Below are positions 38,964 through 51,420 of a stretch of 64,000 bases of DNA, in pieces. Each line of letters begins with the position of its first letter. Positions within the stretch are counted from its first letter, which is position 1. The stretch lies in contig NC_083242.1 in the NCBI RefSeq assembly GCF_032191835.1, forward strand, positions 23,622,001-23,686,000, read 5' to 3'. Source of the stretch: Heteronotia binoei (Eukaryota). The translations under genes were made by a program, and so were the position numbers. The notes under the pieces were generated by a model, which had not been told where the DNA came from, did not search any database, and saw nothing but the letters and a program-made list of their open reading frames with translations.

Positions 38964-39526
38964 CACCTGAAAAGGGATATTATAGACCCTGAAAATGTGC
39001 AGAGAAGAGCAACCAAAATGATCAGGTCTAGAACAGTTGCCCTGTGAGGATTGATTGAAAGTTTTAGGGCTGTTGAGACTAGGAAAAGACAAGTAAAGGC
39101 AGGCATGGTAGCGGCTTATAAAATTATGCATGACATGGAGAGAGTGGACAGGAAGAAACTCTTCCCCTTCTGTCATAATACTAGAACCCGGAGTCATCCA
39201 CTGAAGCTGAAGGGTGGGAGATTCAAGACAGACAAAAGGAAGTATTTCTTCACACAGCATATAGTTAGTTTTGTGGAACTTGCTGCCGCAGGATATGATG
39301 GAAGACTTTAGAGGGAAGTGGACAAATTCATGGAGGATGGGGGGGCGATCAGTGGCTAGTAATCACAATAGATATCTGCTCCCTTCAGTACCCGAGGCAG
39401 TATGAATCCTGAAGTCAGTACATGCTGGGGGGCTTCCTAAGACAGTTGGTTGGCTACCGTGTGAACAGAAGGGTGGACTAGATGGACTTTAGGTGTGCAG
39501 CTGCATGGTTATTCTTACGTTCTTAC
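38964..39526 (+). mobile_element. CR1 LINE 3' fragment
   Basis: Degenerate ORF2 end (ERVDRKKLF...TRSHPLKL.GGRFKTDKRKYFFTQ) and TTCTTACGTTCTTA tail. Confidence 0.88.
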
Positions 39527-39748
39527 AGTGGAGGGATAGCTTTTGCACTAATTGCAAGAAATGAAAGGAAGGGGCTTCCGCAGGCATTTTTGCTTGGCGG
39601 AAATTCCCACTGTATTGTCCTACTCATTTCTGCTTAGATGTTTTAATTTTGAGTTTTCGTGTGTGTATACTCACACACATATTTAGGAATGGAGAAAATG
39701 TTTACTGTTGGCTTATGTTTACTGAAAATATTCTCTCCACCCTTGCAG

Positions 39749-39829
39749 GTATCAGCATTTAATGTTAATTACAGTGATTCAGGACTGTTTGGCATTTATA
39801 CTGTAAGCCAGCTGTCAGCTGCTGGAGAT
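39749..39829 (+). CDS. UQCRC2: UQCRC2 exon 11 (VSAFNVNYSDSGLFGIYTVSQLSAAGD)
   Basis: 81 nt; YSDSGLFG motif. Confidence 0.98.
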
Positions 39830-40308
39830 GTAAGTAACTTATCGGTTGGGGAAATAAAAAGCGAGCAAAACCTCAGTATCAAAATTTGAAGATGGATTTA
39901 AGGATTAAATATGTGCATTAGGACTTTTTCTTTTTTCTGCATGCTTCTGACAACCGAGTCTGCACTTAGACATCACGACAAGCCAGAGTTTGATCTGACC
40001 CTTGTAAACTTCAACATCCAATTAAACGAGGGTTGTTTTCCTTTCTGGGAAGGATAGCTAACAAAACTGGATAGTAATAATGAAAGTTTGCTTAGCACCA
40101 AGAGATATTTGCAGTCCAGTCTTTTTAAAATCCTCTAGGGGTTGAGCTGAAGAAAAACTGCTTATCTGGAAGGAAGAGCAGGTCGATCCAGTGTACAAGG
40201 AGCATCCTGTGCTGGATGCTGATACCTAGCAAAATGGGGGGCAGAAGGAAGGTGGAATGGATTTTGTCAGTTGCAGTCAAAAATAAATGACTTGGTCCTT
40301 TAATCAAG

Positions 40309-40385
40309 GTAATCAAAGCTGCTTTGAACCAAGCAAAGACGGTTGCCCAGGGAGGACTCACTGAGGAAGAGATCACAAGAGCCAA
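40309..40385 (+). CDS. UQCRC2: UQCRC2 exon 12 (VIKAALNQAKTVAQGGLTEEEITRAK)
   Basis: 77 nt; weaker AAG acceptor, |gtaagt donor. Confidence 0.95.
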
Positions 40386-42183
40386 GTAAGTGAATTTCGC
40401 CTTCTGCAAACGTGTCTAGTTTATTCAGGAACAACAGCAAGTTGCAGGGGAGTCACTAGTAAACATTTATTGGAAGTTGCAGTCACTTTGCCACTTCTGA
40501 CTGAAGCATTCAAAGCTTTCTGTTCCCCATAAACCTATGAAACCAACTACAACCGGGAGGATGCTATAGAAGTAAATAATGTATGCTTTAATCTCCTAGT
40601 ACTTTTTTTGAGTAAAGCAGTGAAACACTTGAGTATATTGAAAATCTTTTTACTTCAAACTGCTAAACACTACAAGATTCTGTACAATACATGATTGTGA
40701 CTCAGTCCTTTTTAAAACTAAAAAATTGCCTTTGCTCCCAGCACCTATGAAGCTGACATCTTTCTGCTCGTATGCACCTCGTCCCCTCGTATGGCTTTCT
40801 TCATTTGCCTTTCCCAGCACATACAGCATGGTTTTTTCTATGGATAGGTGTTTACCAGTTTCCTGCAATTTCTGTTGCACAGCCTTTTAAAAACAATATG
40901 TAAAAAGCAAAAAAGTTGGTTAATAACAAATGTTTGCCACGTTCTTGTATTCATATGGATTATAGGTAATCTTGCTGTGCTCATTTATGTGGTGTTAAAT
41001 TAGATTGCATCTTACCTTAGGTGAGAAACAACTAATAAGAGAGAGCTTGCGAAGAAAAATAGCTTGGAAGGTGCTAATGCAAAGTCAGACTTCAGGTCTT
41101 TGAGGTTGGTGGGGAATCAAGGGGAACTGGCTGAAAAATCCAACACCCTATTTGGATCTCATACCATTTTACAACTTTCAGTTGGTTTCTTTTGGTATAA
41201 ACTAAGTAACTTCTACCCAGCTTGAAGCTCCCTCTCTAAAATCCTTCTGCTTTTTGGAAATAATTGTTATCAACTGCTTTACCATATCAGCTTCTTGTGG
41301 GTTTTTAGTAGTTTCTGCAGCGTTTTTAATTCCTTCAGTGGGACAGTGGCTTAACATGGAAAAGAGATCCCAAATGCTGAATTTCTACATACATTTTGGA
41401 TTTTTGTAGCTGAGGGCCAGACTAGATGTTACAGTAGACACAGGTCTGGCCTGGGAATGCCATAATATCTGGTCGGCTCTGAATGTCTGCAGACGTTGTG
41501 GGGGCAAAGGAGTTTTTGAAGGAACAAACAGGTGCGTGACTTGGGAGGAACCAACCTGTATATTGTGACATCAGGTATTTGTGGGCCTGTCATGGAGTTG
41601 GGTTTGAAAGGACAAGGGGGCAGTGTCTTCCCTGATGCCTGAAGCTGTGCAGTGGTCTGCTGCAGAAACAAAATTGGCTTCTGACTGATTCTCCCGCTGC
41701 TGAGAAGAGAAAGGGAGAAGTTCTCCTTTGTCCAGTTTCTGTGCTGCTTGTCACACCATTTCTAACTTGAAGCCAATCTGTGCAGCTCAGTTTTGACTGT
41801 GGCCAGTTCAAATCCTCTTGCTCTCTTCTTATCATCGAGGGCAACACATCTTCTAGGATGGGGGGATTTTTTTTCTCCACACATTCCGGCAGGAGGTCTT
41901 GACAGCTGGCCACCGGAGGCTTGCGAGCTTAGTCCTGCAGCCTGCAATTCTAGTTCATGGTAAAAAAAAAACACAACACGAAGTCAGCACTTGTCATAAG
42001 AGGAAAAACGCATGCTAGAGCAGAGATTAAGATTGTGATTGTAAAATTTAGGCCCTACTGTGGAGAAGGGTACAAACTGAACCATGAACCAGAATTCATG
42101 ATGAATCAGGCAGTTCATGAAACTGATTCAAGGGAATGTGTGCCCCCCTCTCCCCCCATGATCTGCCCACAAACCTCCATGTA

Positions 42184-42313
42184 CAGGGGTGGCCAACGGT
42201 AGCTCTCCAGATGTTTTTTTGCCTACAACTCCCATCAGCCCCAGCCAGCATGGCTGGGGCTGATGGGAGTTGTAGGCAAAAAACATCTGGAGAGCTACTG
42301 TTGGCCACCCCTG
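42184..42313. mobile_element. Palindromic hAT MITE
   Basis: Nearly identical to 55263-55388. Confidence 0.9.
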
Positions 42314-42456
42314 CTCTATGAGGTTCATGTATGCTCTGAAGGCATTTAAATTTAAAGCTCCAAAGGCCTATAAATGCTGGCCCGACTGAGAGTAAGCTGT
42401 GAAGGGATTTATAGACCTTCAGAGCCCACTTATAGGTAGGCGGGCCTTCAGAGCTC

Positions 42457-43049
42457 AATCAATCAAAATTTATTATAGTCCATGAACGGAATATAAAACT
42501 AACCTAAAACACTCAAGTTTCAAAGTATAAAATCTGTACATTGATATAAATCCAACAAATACCATCCAAAGACACCTCAAGATAATGTTAATAATGATGA
42601 TGATACAATGTCATCTAAATTCCAGTCAAGCAGGTAGGAATTTTCACCACTCCATAATCAGTTGAGCTACCTCCCTCAACCATTTTCTTCAGTACCTTGA
42701 GAAATCTGAATAGTGTGAAGTTTCATCACTTGGGAAACAGAATTTAGCTACTTTCTGAGAGATTTCTGTATTATCATCAGACAAGTTTATAATACCTAAA
42801 TCAGAGGTATCTAAACAGTGTTCAAGTAATGGGAGAATATATACAATACGAATCCCATTATAAAAAGGACAGAGGAGACATACATGCGCCTCTCCACAAT
42901 TGCACACAATTGCAAGGACAGAGCCTCTCTACTGACAGAGCTTTACAGTATCTACCCTCAATAACTGAGGATGGCAGAGCAGAAAATCTAGCAAGGGTAA
43001 AGGTTCTTCTTTGGTTATTTACCAAGGCAAATAGATAAGTGGCCAGCTT
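42457..43049 (-). mobile_element. 5'-truncated LINE, probably RTE-X
   Basis: Frameshifted C-terminal RRTFTLARFSALPSSVIEGRY...RLCPC...HVCLLCPFY...KVAKFC; AATAAA plus (TTGA)n tail; AGAGCTC on both flanks. Confidence 0.7.
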
Positions 43050-43296
43050 AGAGCTCTCAGAGATCAGTTGCTTCGGGCAGCCCAACTTGACTGAGCTCCC
43101 AGAGTGAGTGTCAAAGGTCCTATAAAAGCCTTCGGAGCTCAGTCAGGCTAGCCCGGCCCAGAAGTGCATTTAAACCTTTGGAGCTCACTTCTTGCCCACA
43201 AACCAGTTTGTGGAAAACCACAAACCTCCATTTTTCTGGTATGTGCCCATCCCTACTGTACTGTCCTCACCATCTCCTTCCTCTGCGATTGGATAG

Positions 43297-43450
43297 AAAC
43301 CAACTGAAGGCAGCGCTCTTGATGTCTGTCGAGTCTTCCGGTGGCTTGCTCGAGGAGATTGGTGCTCAGGCACTGGCATCTGGGACATATGCATCGCCTT
43401 CATCTGTGGTGGAAGAGATTGATGCTGTGGCCACTGCTGACATTGTGAAC
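43297..43450 (+). CDS. UQCRC2: UQCRC2 exon 13 (NQLKAALLMSVESSGGLLEEIGAQAL...ADIVN)
   Basis: 154 nt inside ORF 43178-43528; |gtgagt donor. Confidence 0.97.
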
Positions 43451-43821
43451 GTGAGTCATGTTCCAGGAGGTTGCATTGTTTATCAGTGTCGTAGCAGCTG
43501 TGTATTTGGATGTAGAGGACAATATTAGGGGAGGGAGGGAGGGGAGGGGAACAGTTCTACAGTACTTACCACCCCCAAAAAACTGGTTTTCTGTCACCAT
43601 GATTGCTCTTTTTGTATATCAGGCAAGCCCAAACTTAGAGTTTGGTTTTCTGCCTCTGGCAAGCCCAAATAAAGACCTTTGGCTCTTCGACAGCCTCATT
43701 GCTAAAATATGTGCGCTGCATGGGCTGATTTTTTGAAACCTGAAGCTAAACTAAGATAAATGTGTTCATATAGCAATAGCCACCCTGTGCCTCATTTGCA
43801 ATCTTCCCACTTCTTTTTCAG

Positions 43822-43905
43822 GCTGCAAGGAAGTTTGTGACTGGGAAGAAGTCAATGGCTGCCAGTGGGAACTTGGCAAACACCCCCTTTGTTGATGAGC
43901 TGTAG
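43822..43905 (+). CDS. UQCRC2: UQCRC2 exon 14 to stop ([27 protein letters not shown])
   Basis: Typical TPFxDEL C-terminus. Exon lengths sum to 1374 nt = 457 aa plus stop. Confidence 0.98.
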   Translation, partial: AARKFVTGKKSMAASGNLANTPFVDEL

Positions 43906-44053
43906 GAAGGCTGAGGTGGGCCAGGGCGTACAGGATCTGGTCAGACTTGCCTCCGAGGCAGTTGCATTGAATCGCTACACTCAATCTTCAGTCTCTTATT
44001 TATGGTTCTAATGCTTTGAGCCTGTGGGTTACCATGTCAATTTACATACACTG

Positions 44054-44059
44054 AATAAA
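44054..44059 (+). terminator. UQCRC2 poly(A) signal AATAAA
   Basis: ~150 nt after the stop codon. Confidence 0.75.
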
Positions 44060-44096
44060 GTGCAAAGTATGTACTCTCATGGAAGCTGCCAGCATC

Positions 44097-44102
44097 TTTA
44101 AT
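44097..44102 (-). terminator. Candidate PDZD9 poly(A) signal ATTAAA
   Basis: First AATAAA/ATTAAA I found on the minus strand after the PDZD9 stop. Confidence 0.4.
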
Positions 44103-44613
44103 GTCTTCTGCACAGCTAGTATTCATTTTTTTTTACTCCATACCTGCTCCTGAGAGTGAAATATGGTGCCAAACATAGAATGCAGTAGCTTAAACAGAGC
44201 CTTGAGAAAACATTATTTCATAAATTAAATGCTTTTGCTCGCAGGGGAAAAGCCTGGATCTCAGAATGTTTATATGAAAAAGAAAAAATAGATATAAAGA
44301 GCTCAGGTGAGGATTGCTGTATTCAGAGATGGGGACATTTTCACTCACCAATAGAAAGCAGGGGACGGGCTACGGCATGCTTGGCATGCCGAAGATCCCA
44401 GGTTCAATCCCTTGGCATCTCCAGCTATAAAAGGGTCAGGTGGTAGGTGACCTCTACTGAGGACTTCAGAGAGCAGCTGTCAGTCTGAGTCGATAGTTTT
44501 GACCTTATTGGGCCAATGGTAATGGTCTGATTCAATATAAGGCGGCTTCATGTGTTCATCAGGGAAGACACGCATATACAAAGGTATTTCATGTGGGGTC
44601 TTGGGTGGAGTAT

Positions 44614-44960
44614 TAGGGATTGGCACAGACTGGGAAAGTCTGGTTTGGTTCAAGGCTCATGAACCAGGTGGCCCCAAGTTGAACCCCCAAGCAGATTGAA
44701 ACAGTTCAGGGTCCCCCAGTGAGGCATGCATACCATTTCAGGGTGGCATTGGGCACTGCCTCCAATGCACCTGCATTACCCATAACTGATGCAAGCACAT
44801 CAGGTGATGGATATGTGTCAAGGAGAGGAACACCCAAACCATGCAGAAGCTTGATGAGTATTTGGCGAAGGTTCCTTCCCTGGACTTCAGTTTGGGGTTC
44901 ATGAACCAGCCAAAGTTTGATCCAGACTTTGGCTCAGATTTGGGTCTGTGTCCATCCCTA
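44614..44960. mobile_element. hAT MITE (TIR TAGGGAT.GGCACAGAC)
   Basis: TSD TGGAGTAT/TGGAGCAT. Confidence 0.82.
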
Positions 44961-45607
44961 TGGAGCATGGTCTTTCTCTGTAGGCTACCTGAAATCCTGT
45001 AGCTGAGATGTCCAGGATTGAGCCTGGGACCTTCTGCATGACCAGCACACACACTCAGTGTCTGAGCCATAATACCTCTTCTCCTGAGCTAAACTTCACT
45101 CCCATCATGGATTCACTGAGTGGACTTGGGAAAGTCACAGCCTTGAGTAAGGACTGGGAAGATTTTTGTTAAGGACTCCAAAGGCTTCAGTGAAATCTAG
45201 GGATCTGATTTCTCCCTGGCAAGCCAGTTGTGTCTCCATTAATCCTTTTCCCTTAGCTGCTGTGAGAGCCAGGTGGTGCTCATTGCAGGAGACCCTTCCG
45301 ATAACTAGTCTGATGTGGCAAAGTTAGTGTACATTGGTTGAAGAAAAAGTCATAATTTACCTCTGACAGCATAAAGAGGATGGAGTTTGGTTTCTAGGCT
45401 TCCATAAATATGTGTGGAGAGTCCCTGAGTTTAGTTTCCTTCCCACGAGACATTGTTTCAGGGAGTGGAGCAGCCTCCCTTCTTGAGTTTTCTGATTACC
45501 AAGCACAGGTAAGTATAATTCAATTTAGGGACGTCAGAGTGAAAATCTAGCCAAAGTGAGTGCCATTCCAGAAACCTGGTTTCTGGAGGCAGAAGCTGCC
45601 TGCACGA

Positions 45608-46169
45608 CTACTCCACCTCCTCAGCAGAGTCTGTGAGCCAAAATACATCTGACAAGGAAGAGGAAGATGATGATGAGGCAATGTTTGCTTTTGGCATAGT
45701 CCAATATGGTGAAGACCATGTTACATACAGAGCTGAAATGTCTGTGTTGCTTTCTTCATTCCAGCCATCAGCACAACTGTCACTGAGGGCTTGACGATCA
45801 CTTTCGATATCTGTTTCTTCCCTGTAATCTTTATGGATCATGATGTCACAGCCGATGTCTGAACCCACAGTAAATGTGTGTCTTTTCCTTTCAAAGAAGT
45901 GCCAGTCTCTGGAGATCCATTGAAGTTGGGAGGGAGGCACAAAAGAAAATGCTTGCACAGCTTTGGTGCCTCCAGGTTCCTTGTACACATCTTCATAGTG
46001 CACTGTTCTGTCACGAACATAGATGGGGGCAGTGTCATCTTCGTGAGCAGAATGATGGTCAGTGACAGTTCGATGATCTCCTTCGCTGTCTGTTTCTTCT
46101 ATGTAATTTTCATATTCATCTGTGCCCTCGCTGCTTGTCCAGCTTTCTTCACCAGCACCGCTAAATGCG
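45608..46169 (-). CDS. PDZD9: PDZD9 last coding exon (acidic region, ISRDWHFFERKRHTFTVGSDIGCDIMIH, SPYWTM, SSSSSLSDVFWL)
   Basis: Motifs match the recalled human PDZD9 C-terminus. Two in-frame acceptors (46169 and 46160); stop TAG at 45610-45608. Confidence 0.9.
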
Positions 46170-46396
46170 CTAAAACATACAAGGCCACACATTTCAGAAA
46201 GTGGTTAGAAAGGTTAGAACTTAATGTGTTCTGCCTGCAGACAAATCCATCCCTAGCATTTATTCTTCCTTCTGAAACTAACCACCTTTATGACTGTTTT
46301 ACAATAAGAACAGGCTTATATTGAAATCCTGGGCACAACAGAAAAGGCTACAGCCAGAAAAGACAGCAGTCCCCACATCACCTATAATTCCTGATG

Positions 46397-46684
46397 GGAA
46401 GGAAAGGTCCCCTGTGCAAGCACCAGTCGTTTCCGACTCTGGAGTGACGTTGCTTTCACAACGTTTTCATGACAGACTTTTGACGGGGTGGTTTGCCATT
46501 GCCTTCCCCAGTCATCTACACTTTCCCTCCCAGCAAGCTGGGTACTCATTTTACCGACCTCGGAAGGATGGAAGGCTGAGTCAAACTCGAGATGGCTACC
46601 TGAGAACCCGGCTTCTGCCGGGGATCAGGTCGTGAGCAGAGCTTAGGACTGCAGTACAGCAGATTTAACACTGCGCCACAGAGC
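46397..46684 (+). mobile_element. Sauria SINE
   Basis: Matches 19471-19766. Confidence 0.9.
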
Positions 46685-47197
46685 ATGAGTCTTAATGTAG
46701 AAAAGAGCAAGAGTCCAGTAGCACCTTAAAGACAAAGATGAAACCTTATAGTCTGTCACAAATTTTGTTAGTCTTTAAGATGCAACTTTCGCTCTTTTCT
46801 ACTGCTTACAGACAGATTAACATGACTGCCTATCTTGATTTTTAATGTGTCAGAGTAGGAATGATGAAATGGGGCATGTTGTCTTGAAGGGGGAACTATG
46901 GAGACTGAAGTTTAATGAGTGCAACAATTTGACTGCTAGTTCAAGGTTTAGAAATAATGGTTAAGTGGATTTTGATAGAATCCACTTAATCTGTTCTGCC
47001 AGTGCATGTTTTTTTTTTTCCTTCTGGAAGCTTTCCCCTAACACAAGACACTTAGAAGACATCTCATGTCAAGTGTAGGCTCTTCCAGCAGAGGAAAGTG
47101 CCTCTGCTAGTGGAACAGATCCTCAGGTTTCCACCCATGGTTCATGGAAACGTCTTCAAAACTGAACAGAGGTCACTGCAGTGCTTTTAAGAACCAC

Positions 47198-47449
47198 AAG
47201 AAGAGATTGGATTTATACCCTGCCCTTCACTACCCAAAGGAGTCTCAGAGTCCGACCTCCTTCCCTTCCTCCCCCACAAGGTAGGTGGGGCTGGGAGAGC
47301 TCTGACAGAAACAGCTTTTGAGCAGAACAGCTCTGAGTGAACTTGTGGCTGACTCAAGGTCACAAACAGTTGCATGTGGAGGAGTGGGGAATCAAACCCA
47401 GTTCTCCCAGGTAAGAGTCCATGCACTCATCCACTACACCAAACTGGCT
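47198..47449 (-). mobile_element. Squam3-like SINE
   Basis: Similar to 50775-51053. Confidence 0.78.
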
Positions 47450-47609
47450 CTTAAAATGTGTGACTGAAAAATTCACTAAGTGACCAGGGACAAATTGTTT
47501 TGCCACCCCTCCTTCCCGGCCAATAATAAAATAGGACGCCTTTCCATGGCTGCTGAAAAGACTGCGACAAGATAATGTCAGTGCAATGTAAAGCGCTCAG
47601 TGTTCCTTA

Positions 47610-47870
<261 letters not shown>

Positions 47871-48924
47871 TTAATCCTGAACCACAGGCATGAGAGCTCC
47901 CTAAAATTTACACAAACGTGCCTCTCTGAGGCTGATTCATCTCAGGTAATGAGCAGCTGTTAGGCACACAAAACACAAGCTGTAAAGATACAACTAATGT
48001 TTGTTAAAATTAAATAACATCAAAATTCAGTTAGTATACAGTTGCCAAGCTCTTTGCACAAAAAAACTCCTACAGACTAATATTTTAAAGTTCTCTTTAG
48101 TTTGGTAATGCCTAACTCTTATACCTAGACAAAATACCATTCCCTATTTACCATCTCCACACATTGCTCTGGCATTTTTACAGGCAAAGGTCTAACTCAA
48201 AAGTGGTTCCACTGCCTAATGGCTTCTTAAAGCTATAAGGGCTAAAGACCCTCTCACCCCACACGACAGCCTGTCAGGATGTTCCTTTAATTAGCACGCA
48301 GCATTTCTGTTAATATGAAAACCTCCCACCTGAATCCTCATTTTCCCTTTGAATTCCGCTGACCTTGCATAGAGATAAAAGACAGGCCTAAAGGCCACCA
48401 CTGCTTTTTTGTAAGAAAGCATGTTCTATTAACCCTTACTGAGCATAAAGAAGTGGGGAGAGGGTGTTAGCTGTGCCTTACAGAAGTCTTATGGCAGTTT
48501 TGGCACCACGAAAGGAAAGACCCAACTAAAAAAAAGTAAGCTAAAACTAAAAAGGTTGAGAGCACAAAGAAATGGGGGAGGGGAAACAATATGATGCTCT
48601 GTTTAATGTATAATCAAACAATTTCAATTCGTGCACAAACCATAACAGCAGTAATTAATATATCAACAAATCAAAAATAGCAGATAATAAAACAGCGCAC
48701 ACTGCCAAATACAATAAAGCTGAATGCCAAATGCTTTTTGGCACAAAGCCTTCACCAGTGGCGTATGACCATAATTAGCACAGTCATATCAAACTCACAC
48801 TGTAAAAGGCATAATGAATCACAAAAATCAGCAAGATAGCCAAATTAATTTATTGGAGTGAATTAAATACTTGTTATATAAAACCAATCTTTGAATATTT
48901 CCACCTTTGGGAATCTGGTCCAAC

Positions 48925-49385
48925 TAGGGTTGCCAAGTCCAATTCAAGAAATATCTGGGGACTTTGGGGGTGGAGCCAGGAGCAAGGTTGTGACAAGCAC
49001 AATTGAACTCCAAGGGAGTTCTGGCCATCACATTTCAAGGGACTGAACACCTTTTAAATGCCTTCCTTCCATAGGAATAATGAAGGATAGGGGCCCCTTC
49101 TTTTGGGGCTCATAGAATTGGACCCACTGGTCCAATCTTTTTGAAACTTGGGAGGCATTTTGGGGAGAGACACTAGATGCTATACTGAAAATTTGGTGCC
49201 TCTGTCTCAAAAAACAGCCCCCCCAGAGCCCGATACCCGCAGATCAATTCCCTATGGGAATCGTTCATGGAGGTGCATGATGGCTCTGGGAGCGGGGGCT
49301 TCCCCCGCTGGCCAGCTGGCTGGGGGAGGGGGGAAGCCTGAAAAACCGGGGATCCCCCTCTGGGACCTGGGGATTGGGAAGCCTA
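48925..49385. mobile_element. hAT MITE (TAGGGTTGCC family)
   Basis: Perfect TSD GGTCCAAC; same family as 7493 and 12284. Confidence 0.93.
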
Positions 49386-50774
49386 GGTCCAACTGACAAT
49401 TTCACTGTGTGTGAGAGAGAGAGAGAGAGAGTGTCTTTACCAAGCTGATATCAAACAGCAGTTTTAGCTACAGTGACATCATTGGAAAGGCTTCTCTGAT
49501 TAACTGCTGACCTTTTATGATCTCAAAAGGAGTCCCTTTCTCTCAGAACTATTCTACACCCCACCCCCTGATAGCAGTGCTGGATTAAACCCTGTGGAGG
49601 CCCCTAAGTAATCAAAATTGGGGAGGGGGCCCTCACAAATTATCTCAGAGTCTGAGCACCCCCCCATCCACAGCCTCCACTGCAGCCTGCAGACACCTTA
49701 AAAGCCCCTTTTACTAAGCTGCAGGGGAGAGGCAGACTTGACAATGATGCCAGTTGCAGCACCAGGCAAGTTGGGCAAAGAGCAGCTCAGTTGCTGGCTG
49801 CATATGCAGGCTGGGAGGGCTGCAAGCAGGAGGGAAATGGGGGGGGGGCAGCCCAGGACCCCTAAAGGCGTGGGGGCCCATAAGCCAGTGCCTACTTGTT
49901 AATTTGACTCTGCATGGTTGTGTTGAGGGCAAGACAGCTGCATTGAATTCTGTGGATGAAAAGTGAGCTTCAAATTTGGTTGGAGAGAGGGAGAGGGATG
50001 GGAAAATTAGCTCACACGTTAGATAAACAGCAGTGCCTTGCTGGCTAAAGCAGCATATTGAACACACATTGGTTGCACAGTACAATAATCTATTTAACTT
50101 CAGCAATGTGATTTAGAAATGAGCATGTTTTACTGGGAAGGCCTGAATTCTAATTCCTACTTTGGGCTGTCATGCTCGCTGGATGCCCTTGGGCCTGCTG
50201 TTCTACCCTGCAAAGTTGTTGTTGGGGAGGATATAGATCTCCTGCCCACATATAGGAGAAGGACTGGATATCAGTGCAAGAGAACCAGTGTGGTGTAGTG
50301 GTTTATAGTGTCAGACTGGGATGTGGGGGAAATGCTCACTCAACCATGAACCTCACTTGGGCCATTATGGTGTTATGTTATGCTGTTAGCCATCAGCCGC
50401 ATGCTGTTTACTGGCTATGTAAGATTATTTACTGTGCTGTTCCTGTTTGGTAATGTCTGTTTTTATATTATTTGAACTGTTGTTTTATTGTTGTAAGCCG
50501 CCCTGAGCCTGTTTGCAGGATAGGGTGGGATATAAATCTAAAAATTAAATTAAATTAGGGTTGTTGTGAAAGCGAAATGGAAGCAGGAAGAACCCAGGTC
50601 TGCTGTCCCAAACTCAATGATGGAAGGTTAGAATAAAACATTTATTTAGTTAGGTATAGTCCACTTTTCTTCCCAGTCTTAGTCCTACTGGGAAAACCCA
50701 CCCAAAGCAAACTGCAACATACATCATTCTCCACACACACCCTCCATTTTTATCTTCATAGCAACAACCCTGGG

Positions 50775-51053
50775 AGAAGATGAAGAAGATATTGGATTTA
50801 TATCCCGCCCTCCACTCCGAAGAGTCTCAGAGCGGCTCACAATCTCCTTTACCTTCCTCCCCCACAACAGACACCCTGTGAGGTGGGTGGGGCTGGAGAG
50901 GGCTCTCACAGCAGCTGCCCTTTCAAGGACAACTCCTGCGAGAGCCATGGCTGACCCAAGGCCATTCCAGCAGGTGCAAGTGGAGGAGTGGGGAATCAAA
51001 CCCGGTTCTCCCAGATAAGAGTCCACACACTTAACCACTACACCAAACTGGCT
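50775..51053 (-). mobile_element. Young Squam3-like SINE, apparently nested in an older SINE
   Basis: Full tRNA head to (TCT)n tail; older SINE sequence on both sides. Confidence 0.85.
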
Positions 51054-51261
51054 CTCACACCAAACTGGAGGAAGGATGGACAGAGGACATCTGGCCCAGT
51101 GAGCTTCAGCGACAGAACGGACAATTGAACCCAGGTCTCACAACTCCTAGTATGGCATTCTAACTGCTACAGTCCCCATGCTTGCTTTTCAGGTATAATA
51201 ATATGTCTGCAACTTGCTGCCTTTGTAATCATCCTTCTGAGATTTTGCATTTTCTCCTTAC

Positions 51262-51420
51262 CAGCTTGCAGTTTTCCATCTCTGGCTGCTGCGCTTTTCT
51301 CCACCAGGCCTGTGAGCTGGAGATAAGGCCCATTCTGAATGATGAGGAACCCTAGGCCGTCCTTTTCCATTTGGATGTTGGTCTTTATCGTCGAGCTCAA
51401 ATTGTGTTCAGATTCCTCAT
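51262..51420 (-). CDS. PDZD9: PDZD9 exon, first half of PDZ domain (EESEHNLSSTIKTNIQMEKDGLGFLIIQNGPYLQL...DGKLQAG)
   Basis: 159 nt, phase 1 to 1; tttag| acceptor and |gtaagg donor. Confidence 0.93.
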
